A DNA stretch of 64,000 bases, taken from positions 6,112,001 through 6,176,000 of the forward strand of contig JBKAGP010000001.1 in assembly GCA_046290465.1 (NCBI GenBank). The letters run 5' to 3'. The notes under the pieces are model-generated. The model saw only the letters and a list, made by a program, of their open reading frames with translations. It was not told the origin of the DNA and did not search any database. Of the stretch, positions 10,422 through 20,596 are shown in pieces. Numbering within the stretch: the stretch's first letter is position 1; the number at the start of each line of letters is the position of its first letter. This DNA is from Planctomycetota bacterium. GTDB lineage: Bacteria; Planctomycetota; UBA1135; UBA2386. Made by a program: the position numbers and the translations under genes.

Positions 10422-11078
10422 ATGGCCAACCAGCTGCAAGCTCGCTGCGTGTTCCTCGGCGCCCCCGGCGCTGGCAAGGGCACGCAGGCCAAGCGCGTCG
10501 CCGAGAACGCCGAGATCGCGCACATCTCGACGGGCGACATGCTGCGGGCGGAGGTCAAGTCGGGCAGCGAGCTGGGAGCCCAGGCCAAGACCTTCATGGA
10601 CGACGGCAAGCTGGTCCCCGACCAGCTGATCATCGACATGGTCAAGGCGCGCATCCAGCAGCCGGACGCGCAAGCCGCCTGGATCCTGGACGGTTTTCCC
10701 CGTACACTCCCGCAGGCCGAAGCGCTGGACCAGAACCTGTCCGGCGCCAACGCCCTGACGCACGTGGTCTACTTCGCCGTTCCGGAGGACGTCCTGATGG
10801 GGCGCCTGACGGGCCGTCGCACCTGCTCGCAATGCGGTGCCATCTGGCACATCGAGCACAAGCCGACGAGCAAGGAAGGTGTCTGTGACAACTGCGGCGG
10901 TGAGTTGACCCAACGCGCCGACGATCGCGAGGAAGCGATCGGCAAGCGCCTCGAAGTGTATCGGACCCAGACTGCGCCGCTGCTGGCGTACTACCGGGAC
11001 CGTGGTGTTCTGCGGGAGATCGATGCGCATCGATCCCCCGATGTCGTTTTCCAGGAGCTGCTGACGCAAATGCAATGA
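10422..11078 (+). CDS. adk: Adenylate kinase with Zn-type LID (CxxC...CxxC)
   Basis: GAPGAGKGTQA P-loop, HISTGDMLR, LDGFPRT, CSQC/CDNC; start set at ATG 10422. Confidence 0.98.
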   Translation: MANQLQARCVFLGAPGAGKGTQAKRVAENAEIAHISTGDMLRAEVKSGSELGAQAKTFMDDGKLVPDQLIIDMVKARIQQPDAQAAWILDGFPRTLPQAEALDQNLSGANALTHVVYFAVPEDVLMGRLTGRRTCSQCGAIWHIEHKPTSKEGVCDNCGGELTQRADDREEAIGKRLEVYRTQTAPLLAYYRDRGVLREIDAHRSPDVVFQELLTQMQ

Positions 11079-11305
11079 CCACAGGCGCAGGACAGCCTGA
11101 ACAGGGCGAGCGGGCCACCGTGCTCGAGCCCCTGAACAACGGGTTGTTCCGCCTGCAGATGGCCGATGGCCGCACCGTCGTGGCGCACGTCGCGAAGGAC
11201 CTCCGGATGGCGTTCTCTCGCCTCCTGCCCGGTGACCCGGTCCTCGTCGACGTGTCTCCCTTCGACCCCGGCAAGGCACGCATCTGCAAGTTGCTCGATC
11301 AGTAG
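11075..11305 (+). CDS. infA: Translation initiation factor IF-1 (divergent or IF-1-like)
   Basis: TVLE.L.N..FR.....G..V.AH....R....R.LPGD.V.V..SP.D..K.RI pattern; syntenic before rpmJ; several conserved residues changed. Confidence 0.8.
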   Translation: MTTGAGQPEQGERATVLEPLNNGLFRLQMADGRTVVAHVAKDLRMAFSRLLPGDPVLVDVSPFDPGKARICKLLDQ

Positions 11306-11347
11306 CCCCAACCCAGTCCGTATTCCTCCAACCCAGCGAGAACTGTT

Positions 11348-11464
11348 GTGAAGGTCAGAGCCAGCGTCCGTCGCATGTGCGACAAGTGCAAGGTCGTCAA
11401 GCGCCGCGGCATCGTTCGCGTCATCTGCGAGAACCCGCGCCACAAGCAGCGCCAGGGCAAGTAG
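11348..11464 (+). CDS. rpmJ: 50S ribosomal protein L36, Zn-binding form (not in ORF track)
   Basis: Read by hand from GTG 11348: [38 protein letters not shown]. Confidence 0.98.
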   Translation: MKVRASVRRMCDKCKVVKRRGIVRVICENPRHKQRQGK

Positions 11465-11487
11465 CCCGAGGCCTTCAAGGAAGCACT

Positions 11488-11865
11488 ATGCCCAGACTCC
11501 TCGGCGTCGACATCCCGAACGAGAAGCGCATCGACGTTGCGCTCCAGTACCTCTATGGCGTTGGTCCGGCCGTGGCCAAGAAGTGCCTGGACGAACTGGC
11601 GATCAACCCCTCGGTCCGCGCGAAGGACCTGAAGGACGACGAGGTCGCCAACATCGCCGGCTACCTCGAGTCCAACTTCCCGGTCGAAGGTGCTCTGCGT
11701 CGCCTGAACATGCAGAACATCCAGCGCCTGAAGGAAATCTACTGCTACCGGGGTCTGCGTCACCGTCGCGGCCTGCCGGTGCACGGTCAGCGCACGCGCT
11801 GCAAGGCACGCACCCGCAAGGGCCCGCGCAAGACGGTGGCCAACAAGAAGATCCTGAGGAAGTAA
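11488..11865 (+). CDS. rpsM: 30S ribosomal protein S13
   Basis: [21 protein letters not shown]...[18 protein letters not shown]. Confidence 0.99.
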   Translation: MPRLLGVDIPNEKRIDVALQYLYGVGPAVAKKCLDELAINPSVRAKDLKDDEVANIAGYLESNFPVEGALRRLNMQNIQRLKEIYCYRGLRHRRGLPVHGQRTRCKARTRKGPRKTVANKKILRK

Positions 11866-11867
11866 GC

Positions 11868-12254
11868 ATGAGCGCTGGCGACAAGAAGAAGACCAAGGTC
11901 CGCAAGAACGTCGGCAAGGCCGTCGCTCACGTGAAGGCCTCGTTCAACAACACGATCATCACGGTCGTCGACACCGCCGGTCAGGTCATCGCCTGGGACT
12001 CGGCGGGCACGATCGGCTACAAGGGCTCGCGCAAGAGCACGCCGTTCGCGGCGCAGCGCGCGGCCGAGAAGGTGGCCGACAAGTGCAAGAAGATGGGCGT
12101 GCACGAGATGGAGGTGCTGGTCCGCGGTCCGGGTTCGGGTCGCGAGTCGGCCATCCGCGCGCTCGCCAACTCGGGCATCGACGTCAAGTCCATCGAGGAC
12201 TGCACGCCGCTGCCCCACAACGGTTGCCGGCCGCGCAAGCGCCGCCGCGTCTGA
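11868..12254 (+). CDS. rpsK: 30S ribosomal protein S11
   Basis: [13 protein letters not shown]...[11 protein letters not shown]...[13 protein letters not shown]...TP.PHNGCRP.KRRRV. Confidence 0.99.
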   Translation: MSAGDKKKTKVRKNVGKAVAHVKASFNNTIITVVDTAGQVIAWDSAGTIGYKGSRKSTPFAAQRAAEKVADKCKKMGVHEMEVLVRGPGSGRESAIRALANSGIDVKSIEDCTPLPHNGCRPRKRRRV

Positions 12255-12281
12255 TCCAAGCACCAGTATTCGATCCCAGTA

Positions 12282-12905
12282 ATGGCACGTAACGACACCA
12301 ACGTCTGCAAGCTCTGCCGCCGCGAAGGCGTCAAGCTGTTCCTGAAGGGGCAGCGATGCTTCTCGGAGAAGTGCGCGGTCAACCGTCGCAACTACCCGCC
12401 GGGTCAGCACGTCCGCCCGAAGAAGGGCACGGACTACGGCACCCAGCTGCGCGAGAAGCAGAAGTGCAAGCGGATCTATGGCGTGCTCGAGCGCCAGTTC
12501 CAGCACTACTTCAACATCGCTCGCCGCCAGAAGGGCAACACCGGTGAGAACCTGCTGATCCTGATGGAACGTCGTCTCGACAACGTCCTGCTCAGCCTCG
12601 GCCTCGCGTTCTCGCGCTTCGATGCCCGCCAGATGGTCGCGCACGGCCACGTGCAGGTGAACGGCCGCCGCCTGGACATCCCGAGCTACCTGGTCCGCGC
12701 GGGCGACGAGATCTCCGTCGTCGGCAAGGAGAAGATCTCCAAGAAGGCGGGCGACGCCATCGAGATGAACAAGGGCCGGCCGCTGCCGACCTGGCTCGAA
12801 GCGACGCCGGCCGACAACAAGGGGCGCGTCATCCAGCTGCCGAAGCGCGAGGATGTCAGCGTCGAACTCAACGAGCAGCTCATCGTCGAGCTGTGTTCCA
12901 AGTAG
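12282..12905 (+). CDS. rpsD: 30S ribosomal protein S4, Cys-containing form
   Basis: CKLCRREG.KLFLKG.RC...KC, YG.QLREKQK, ERRLDN, ARQ.V.HGH. Confidence 0.99.
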   Translation: MARNDTNVCKLCRREGVKLFLKGQRCFSEKCAVNRRNYPPGQHVRPKKGTDYGTQLREKQKCKRIYGVLERQFQHYFNIARRQKGNTGENLLILMERRLDNVLLSLGLAFSRFDARQMVAHGHVQVNGRRLDIPSYLVRAGDEISVVGKEKISKKAGDAIEMNKGRPLPTWLEATPADNKGRVIQLPKREDVSVELNEQLIVELCSK

Positions 12906-13012
12906 GAGCCAGCTGATCGAGGACCCGGCCCGCCGGGTTCCGCTGCTCGTGATTGCACAATCCGGCCCCGGACCCATCGGTCCAGGGCCAACCTGTTTCA
13001 GGGAGAAACGAT

Positions 13013-14011
13013 ATGCGTATTCGTTGGCGTAACTTCGAGTTGCCTTCGCAGGTCCGTCTGGAGCGCGAAACCGCCACGCCTCAGTACGGTCGCTTCACGG
13101 TCGAGCCGTTCGAGAAGGGCTTCGGCACGACGATCGGCAACGGCCTGCGCCGCGTGCTGCTGTCCTCGATCGAGGGCACCGCGGTCACGTGGGTCCGCAT
13201 CGACGGCGTCGTGCACGAGTTCTCGACCATCCAGGGGGTGCTCGAGGACGTCACGCAGATCGTTCTGAACATCAAGAAGCTGCGCGTCAAGATGCACACC
13301 GACGCGCCGACGACGCTGCGTCTGGACGTCAGCGAGAAAGGCGAGGTGCTCGCCGAGAAGATCGAAGGCGACCACAACGTCGAGATCGCCAACCCCGAGC
13401 TCAAGATCTGCACGCTGACCGAAGACGTGCGCTTCTTCTGCGAGATGCAGGTCCGCAAGGGCCGCGGCTACGTCACCGCCGAGGAGAACGTCCAGGACGA
13501 CCTCGAGATCGGCACGATCCCGGTCGACTCGATCTTCAGCCCGGTGCACCGCGTGCGCTACGCGATCGAGAACACCCGCGTCGGCAAGTCGACCGACTAC
13601 GACCGCCTGGTGCTCGAGGTCTGGACCGACGGCACCGTGTCGCCGGAGATGGGCCTGGTCGAGGCGTCGAAGATCTACCGCAAGCACCTGAACCCGTTCG
13701 TCCAGTACTTCGAGATGAAGGAAGAGCTGGCGGTCGAAGGTGGCGTGCTCGCGCCGGAAGGTGACGAGAGCGCGCGTCGTCGCGAGATGGTCGACCTGCT
13801 CAACAAGAGCATCGACATGCTGGAGCTGTCGGTCCGTTCGAAGAACTGCCTGGACAGCGAGAACGTCGCGCTGATGCGCGATCTGGTGCAGATGTCCGAG
13901 CCCGAGCTGCTGAAGGTCCGCAACTTCGGCAAGACCTCCCTGAAGGAGGTCAAGAGCAAGCTCGCGGCACTGGGTCTGTCCCTGGGAATGAACGTCGAAG
14001 AGTACAAGTAG
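13013..14011 (+). CDS. rpoA: RNA polymerase subunit alpha
   Basis: EPFE.GFGTT.GN.LRRVLLSSI.G, VRKGRGYV, LSVRS.NCL, NFGKTSL.E; N-terminus MRIRWR; SD GGAG. Confidence 0.99.
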   Translation: MRIRWRNFELPSQVRLERETATPQYGRFTVEPFEKGFGTTIGNGLRRVLLSSIEGTAVTWVRIDGVVHEFSTIQGVLEDVTQIVLNIKKLRVKMHTDAPTTLRLDVSEKGEVLAEKIEGDHNVEIANPELKICTLTEDVRFFCEMQVRKGRGYVTAEENVQDDLEIGTIPVDSIFSPVHRVRYAIENTRVGKSTDYDRLVLEVWTDGTVSPEMGLVEASKIYRKHLNPFVQYFEMKEELAVEGGVLAPEGDESARRREMVDLLNKSIDMLELSVRSKNCLDSENVALMRDLVQMSEPELLKVRNFGKTSLKEVKSKLAALGLSLGMNVEEYK

Positions 14012-14073
14012 CCGCGAGCCCCTGACCCGGAGGCACTCTCTCCGGGCCGGTTCCTCTCGCAAGGAATGTAGTC

Positions 14074-14538
14074 ATGAAGCACAAGGTTGCCGGCAAGCAT
14101 CTCAACCGGAACAGCGCGCACCGTAAGGCGCTGCGCATGAACTTCTGCGTCTCCGTGATCAAGCACGAGCGCGTCACGACGACCCTGGCCAAGGCCAAGG
14201 CGCTGCGTCCGTTCGTCGAGAAGATGATCACGCTGGCCAAGAAGGCGGCCAACGCCGAAGGCAAGGACCGTCTGCACCTGATCCGCACGGCGGTCTCCTA
14301 CCTGCAGGACAAGTCCGCGGTGAAGAAGCTGTTCGAGGAGATCGCGCCGCGCTTCGCCAACCGTCAGGGCGGCTACACGCGGGTCCTGCGCCTGGCCGAC
14401 CACCGCATCGGGGACGGCAGCGATCGCGCGATCTTCGAGCTCGTCGACAACAACGTGCTCGAGCAGCAGATCAAGAAGGCCGAAGAAGAGGCCACGGTCG
14501 TCGACGACGAGGTCGACGCCGAAGAGCAGGCCGTCTGA
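14074..14538 (+). CDS. rplQ: 50S ribosomal protein L17
   Basis: L.R.SAHRKAL...HER.TTTLAKAK.LR..VEK.IT...R.GGYTR. Confidence 0.99.
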   Translation: MKHKVAGKHLNRNSAHRKALRMNFCVSVIKHERVTTTLAKAKALRPFVEKMITLAKKAANAEGKDRLHLIRTAVSYLQDKSAVKKLFEEIAPRFANRQGGYTRVLRLADHRIGDGSDRAIFELVDNNVLEQQIKKAEEEATVVDDEVDAEEQAV

Positions 14539-14598
14539 TCCAAGCGAGCGGTGCCCGCGATGGCACCGGCACGTGATCGACGCCTCGCGGTCGAAGCA

Positions 14599-14631
14599 GG
14601 CGGCGCCCAGGTGGCGCCGTTTTGCGGTTTT
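14599..14631 (+). terminator. Probable intrinsic terminator of the ribosomal operon
   Basis: GGCGGCGCC-CAGGT-GGCGCCGTT stem followed by TTT.GCGG.TTTT. Confidence 0.6.
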
Positions 14632-14659
14632 GGGCAGCCTCGGCCAGGCGTGCCCATCC

Positions 14660-14775
14660 GGCCCCGACAACCAGCCGGCCCCGACAGTTGGCTCCGACAA
14701 CCATCTGGCTACCCGGCCTTGCTGGCCAACCGAGCATGCCGGCTACCAGAGGCATGCCGGCTACCAGACCATGCT
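14660..14775. repeat. Degenerate ~17-bp tandem array (7 units) ending in the stop codon of the Kelch gene
   Basis: ggccccgacaaccagcc / ggccccgacagtt / ggctccgacaaccatct / ggctacccggccttgct / ggccaaccgagcatgcc / ggctaccagaggcatgcc / ggctaccagaccatgct. Confidence 0.65.
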
Positions 14776-16170
14776 GCGCACGCCCTGCGACGTGACCAGG
14801 ATGTCGGCGCCGTTGCCGCACAGCGCCTGCGCGTAGACGTCGACGCCGTAGACCGACGGCACGTTGGGGATCGGCAACGAGAACGCCGCGGTCCTCGTCC
14901 AGCCGTTCGGCTGGGTCGGCTGCCACTGGGTGACCGCCGGCTCGACCAGCAGGTCGCACACCGCGTTGCCGACGGGGCCGAGGTTGAACGGCAGCGGAAC
15001 CCCGTTCCAGCTGCTGTTGCTGAGCCCGAACGCGAACAGCGCCCACGAGATGTTGTTGGGCACGCTGACGCTGCCCTGCCAGTCCGCGCCGCGCTCGCAG
15101 AGGCCGCCGTACAGCGTCGCCGACACCGGGAACGCCGAGCACGAACTGCCGAACCACTCGGACACGACCCCCGGCTCGAACTCCCAGTGCTGCGGGTTGA
15201 GCAGCGAGGCCGGTCCGTCGAGCGCGCCGCCGAACAGGACGACGCGTCGTCGATCCGGGTCGAACGCGGCGGCCGCGCCGATCGTCGCCGGCGGCTTCGT
15301 CGGCGTCGCCAGTTCGGTCCAGCGGTCGCCGTCGAAGCGCCACAGCTCGCCCTGCGCCGGCAGCACGCCGCCCGGGCCGCGGCCGCCGACGAGCAGCGTC
15401 GACCTGGACGCGGCGTCGTAGACGAGCCGGTGCTCGCTGCGCGGCGGCGCCGTCGCCAGGCCGTTGGCCGGCACCGCGCTGCCGACGGTCACGATGAAGC
15501 CGTCGGACAGCACCGTTCCTTGCGCGTCGACCCCGCCGTAGAGGAACAGCCGTTCGGCCGGGTTGCCGTTGTAGGTCTGGGTCGTCCAGGTGAGCCCGAT
15601 GGCCGCGTCACGCCGCGGCGGGACCGCCGACGGGAACTGGGACCAGCCGAAGTTCGGACTCCACGACCAGTAGTCGCCGAGCATGCCCTGCACCGGCGAC
15701 CAGCCGCCGATGACGATCATGCCGCCGTCCCCGTAGGCCGCCGCGCCGGCGCGGGCGATCGGCGCCGTGGAGTAGTACTGCGTCTGCCAGTCGATGCCGT
15801 CGAACCACCAGACGTCGTTGAGCGGGCTGCCCTGGCTGTCGATGCCGCCGAACACCACGACCAGGCCCTGGTAGGGCAGGTAGCACATGCTGTGCTGGCT
15901 GCGCGCCGGTGGCACGTTGGCGGTCGTGCGCTGGGTCCAGGCGCCGTTGCGGTACTCCCAGGTCTCGGCGAGGGGTTGCGGCGGCGGCCAGATCCCGTCG
16001 TCGGCCTCGAGTCCGCCGAACAGCACCAGCGCGTCGCGGTCCTCGTGGTAGGCCATCCGGGTCGCGTAGCCGGGCGTCGGCGTCGGCGTGAACACCCGGG
16101 TCCAGTCCTGGGCGGTTGCGGTGGCGGCGATCGCGAGCAGTACGAACGGGATGGCGGGCACGGTCTTCAT
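14761..16170 (-). CDS. Secreted Kelch-repeat beta-propeller protein with lineage-type C-terminal domain
   Basis: Signal peptide; repeated P.R..H.m.Y....VLFGG....TW.y.G..W blades; C-terminal LPIP..P...G...YAQ domain. Confidence 0.85.
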   Translation of the reverse strand: MKTVPAIPFVLLAIAATATAQDWTRVFTPTPTPGYATRMAYHEDRDALVLFGGLEADDGIWPPPQPLAETWEYRNGAWTQRTTANVPPARSQHSMCYLPYQGLVVVFGGIDSQGSPLNDVWWFDGIDWQTQYYSTAPIARAGAAAYGDGGMIVIGGWSPVQGMLGDYWSWSPNFGWSQFPSAVPPRRDAAIGLTWTTQTYNGNPAERLFLYGGVDAQGTVLSDGFIVTVGSAVPANGLATAPPRSEHRLVYDAASRSTLLVGGRGPGGVLPAQGELWRFDGDRWTELATPTKPPATIGAAAAFDPDRRRVVLFGGALDGPASLLNPQHWEFEPGVVSEWFGSSCSAFPVSATLYGGLCERGADWQGSVSVPNNISWALFAFGLSNSSWNGVPLPFNLGPVGNAVCDLLVEPAVTQWQPTQPNGWTRTAAFSLPIPNVPSVYGVDVYAQALCGNGADILVTSQGVRSMVW

Positions 16171-16312
16171 GGGGTTCTCCTTCGGCGTCCGAGCATACCG
16201 GTGCAGCTGCGAGCCTGCAGGCCGTGGCCGTCTTCACGCAACCCTGACAGTTCGTTGTCCGATGGGCCAGCTGCGCTGGCTAGAAGACTGGGTCCCCATC
16301 CCCGCAACCAAC

Positions 16313-17524
16313 ATGCGCTTCGCTACCGCCGCCCTCTCCGCCCTCTTCGCCGCATCCGCGCTGACCGCGCAGGTCGACACCCAGCAGGACCCCGACGAGA
16401 TCGACCTCAAGCCGTCGCCGATCCTGCCGCCGGTGGTCGACTCGCCGGCGCTGCAGCTCGCCCGCCAGGTGCAGGACGGCTTCTCCGACATCGCCGAGCA
16501 CGTCTGGCCCTCGATCGTGACCGTGCGCGCGTACCGCCGCATCGGCAAGCAGGGTGAGGCGCAGCAGGAAGGCGGCTGGGTCGCCTCGACCGAGGACACC
16601 TACCCGGGCTTCGTCGAGTTCTCGGCGCTGACCGGTTGGGTGGTCGACGAGAAGGGCGAGATCCTGACCTGCAACCACGGCCTGGTCGCCGCCGACGGCA
16701 AGGCGCCGGACCTGATCGACATCGAGACGCACGACTTCCAGCGCATCATCGTCGAGCGCGTCGGCACCGAGCCGACCGTCAACCTCGCGATCCTGCAGGC
16801 GATGGTGTGGCCCAACAGCCACCCCAAGAAGCTGCCGGCGCTGCAGTGGGGCAACAGCGACCGCCTGCGCACCGGCGCCTGGCTGCTGTGCTTCGGCGAC
16901 CCGTCGGGCCCCGAGCGCTTCCTGTCGCTCGGCACGTTCATCTCGCGGCCATCGCGCGATTGCTACCAGGACCTGCTCAGCTCGTTCTTCATGCAGGCGG
17001 GCCTGGTCGCGCACCCGCAGGCCTACGGCGGTCCGATGATCGACCTCAAGGGCCGGGTCGTCGGCATCCTCGCGCCGGGGCAGCCCGAGCCGAAGAAGTG
17101 GCAGGAGTCCAAGCGCCAGGGCGTCGAGCTCGGCCTGCCGAGCAAGATCGTGCAGGGCCTGCACGACGCGATCCGCACCGCGCGCAGCTTCCGTTCGCCG
17201 TGGCTCGGCTACGCGGTGATGAGCCGCCCGGAGATCGCCAAGGTGCGCGGCATCAAGGCCTACCAGGAGATGGACAAGCCGCGCAACGGCATCCTGATCG
17301 AGAACGTCTTCGACCCGGGCCCGGCGTTCGCCGCCGGAATCCAGCCCAACGACTGGCTGGTCACGTTCGACAAGACGCGCATCTTCACGCCCGTCGACTT
17401 CCAGAAGCAGCTCTACCTCGCCGGCATCGGCACCAAGGTCAAGGTCGAGATCTTCCGCGACGGCGCCACCAGGTGGTACGAACTCGAGATCCAGGAGCGT
17501 CCGCAGGCCGCGACGCCTCGCTAG
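16313..17524 (+). CDS. HtrA/DegP-like (S1C) trypsin fold plus PDZ protein, catalytic triad degenerate
   Basis: Signal peptide; ILTCNH, EPTVNLAIL, PQAYGGPMIDLKGRVVGI; WLG...PA..AGI...D PDZ domain. Confidence 0.85.
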   Translation: MRFATAALSALFAASALTAQVDTQQDPDEIDLKPSPILPPVVDSPALQLARQVQDGFSDIAEHVWPSIVTVRAYRRIGKQGEAQQEGGWVASTEDTYPGFVEFSALTGWVVDEKGEILTCNHGLVAADGKAPDLIDIETHDFQRIIVERVGTEPTVNLAILQAMVWPNSHPKKLPALQWGNSDRLRTGAWLLCFGDPSGPERFLSLGTFISRPSRDCYQDLLSSFFMQAGLVAHPQAYGGPMIDLKGRVVGILAPGQPEPKKWQESKRQGVELGLPSKIVQGLHDAIRTARSFRSPWLGYAVMSRPEIAKVRGIKAYQEMDKPRNGILIENVFDPGPAFAAGIQPNDWLVTFDKTRIFTPVDFQKQLYLAGIGTKVKVEIFRDGATRWYELEIQERPQAATPR

Positions 17525-17936
17525 CGGGCAAAGCCCATCCGCACGCGTACACGTCGCTTCCGTGATCCCGGTTGGCAGCGCGTCCACTGCATGGACGCGC
17601 TCCTAGCGGGCAAAGCCCGTCCGCACGCGTACACGCCGCTTCCGTGATCCCGGTTGGCAGCGCGTCCACTGCATGGACGCGCTCCTAGCGGGCAAAGCCC
17701 ATCCGCACGCGTACACGCCGCTTCCGTGATCCCGTTTGGCAGCGCGTCCACTGCATGGACGCGCTCCTAGCGGGCAAAGCCCATCCGCACGCGTACACGC
17801 CGCTTCCGTGATCCCGTTTGGCAGCGCGTCCACTGCATGGACGCGCTCCTGGCGGGCAAAGCCCATCCGCACGCGTACACGCCGCTTCCGTGATCCCGTT
17901 TGGCAGCGCGTCCACTGCATGGACGCGCTCCTGGCG
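17521..17936. repeat. Tandem array of five near-identical 82-bp units, each with a 10-bp hairpin
   Basis: Units start at 17521, 17603, 17685, 17767, 17849; AGCGCGTCCA-ctgca-TGGACGCGCT stem in each; lies between convergent genes. Confidence 0.97.
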
Positions 17937-17941
17937 TCCGG

Positions 17942-19306
<1,365 letters not shown>

Positions 19307-19308
19307 CG

Positions 19309-20451
19309 CTACTCGCCGGGCTCCACCGGCAGGTCGTGGCCGAGCTGCTTGCCGACGATCAGCAGCACCTCGGTCTGCTGCTCGAGGCTCTCGATGGCGC
19401 GCAGCATCGCCTTGCGCCCCGGGCCGCCGTCGGGGCCGAGGAACGCCTGGTCGAACGGCTTGGGGATCGCCCGCAGCGCCTTCTCGGTGCGTCGCAGCGC
19501 CGCCTCGAGCGCGTCGGCGACGTCTGGCTGGTCGCGGACCAGCTCGATCAACCCCGGGCCCTTGCTGCCGCCGACCTCGCTGCCGAGCACGACCGCCATC
19601 AGCCCGAGCTGGTTGGAGACGAAGTCCTGCCAGGTGTTGTCGCTGAAGCAGCTGTGTTCCTGCTCCTGGTCCTGGGTCTCGTAGGCGACGACCATGCGTT
19701 CGCCACCGAGCTCGAACGCCGTCAGCACGGTGACGCCGACGAGGATGCGACGCACCGACGCCTCGACCTCCTTCTCGAAGCGCACGCGGTACTTTGCGCC
19801 CGGCGCCCACTCGCGCTGCAGCTCCGAGAGATGCTGCACCAGCAGCGCGCTGACGGCGCGCAGGTACTGGCCGCGGCGCGCGGCATTCGCGGCCTTGCCG
19901 ACCACGTAGTCGGTGAACGGGCGCGCGCCGGGGCCGTCGGCCGACAGGTCCTGGCCCCACAACAGGAACTCGATCGCGTGCCAGCCGACGCAGATGTTGG
20001 CCTCGCCGCCGCGTTCGTTGGCGAGCACCAGCAGCGGGGCGGCCAGCGTCGGGAAGCGCTCCTTGTCGTTGACGATGCCGCAGTCGCGCCGGCCCTCGAC
20101 GTAGTCGACGTAGGCCTCGTCGATCGGCCACGCGTTGAGCAGCGGCTCACGCGTCTCGATCGGACCGTCGTGGAAGCGCAGCGCCTCGGTCATGCCGTAG
20201 AGCTCACGCGCGTGCAGCCACGCCTTCCTGGCGGCCGCGAGGTTCGCCGCACTCGGCTGCTCGGTCAGCTCGACGATGCGTTCGTGCATCGCGGCGGCGC
20301 GTTGCCGCACCTGGCCGTACAGCTGGTGGCTCCACGCCGCGTGGTGGCGCACGACCTCGCGCTTTTGCTGGGCGAGGTCCTGGGCGCTGAGCAGGGCCGG
20401 AAAACCGAACAAGCCGAGCGCGAGGGCCCGGCCGGGATGGCTGGCGAACAT
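19309..20451 (-). CDS. Imelysin (peptidase M75)/IrpA-family iron-regulated protein
   Basis: Signal peptide; AR.AW..AR..Y..TEA.RF..GPI, NAWP.DE, GWHAIEFLLWGQD (GxHxxE), EHSCFSDNT. Confidence 0.92.
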   Translation of the reverse strand: MFASHPGRALALGLFGFPALLSAQDLAQQKREVVRHHAAWSHQLYGQVRQRAAAMHERIVELTEQPSAANLAAARKAWLHARELYGMTEALRFHDGPIETREPLLNAWPIDEAYVDYVEGRRDCGIVNDKERFPTLAAPLLVLANERGGEANICVGWHAIEFLLWGQDLSADGPGARPFTDYVVGKAANAARRGQYLRAVSALLVQHLSELQREWAPGAKYRVRFEKEVEASVRRILVGVTVLTAFELGGERMVVAYETQDQEQEHSCFSDNTWQDFVSNQLGLMAVVLGSEVGGSKGPGLIELVRDQPDVADALEAALRRTEKALRAIPKPFDQAFLGPDGGPGRKAMLRAIESLEQQTEVLLIVGKQLGHDLPVEPGE

Positions 20452-20566
20452 GATGGGATCGGTATGTCGGATCGGGCGGGGCGCGTCCAGCGGGACGGCG
20501 CATGGCCAAAGCCCATCCGGGTGTGTGCGGGTGGTCGGCGGGCGGGGGCGGGCCCCGCCGGCCGGG

Positions 20567-20588
20567 GCTCCGGGGCGAACCCCGGAGC
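20567..20588 (-). terminator. Strong GC hairpin just after the phoX stop (terminator or mRNA stabiliser)
   Basis: GCTCCGGGG-CGAA-CCCCGGAGC, perfect 9-bp stem, UUCG loop on the minus strand; no U-tract. Confidence 0.45.
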
Positions 20589-20596
20589 GGTCGGGA

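Noticed and set aside
17439..17920. Repetitive small ORFs (MDALP.GITEAACTRADG...) read through the 82-bp array
   Set aside because: The period is not a multiple of 3, so the frame shifts each unit. There is no RBS. These are by-products of the repeat.
17521..17936. CRISPR array (palindromic repeat with ~82-bp period)
   Set aside because: The sequence between hairpins is near-identical in all units, so there are no unique spacers, and the window has no cas genes or leader.
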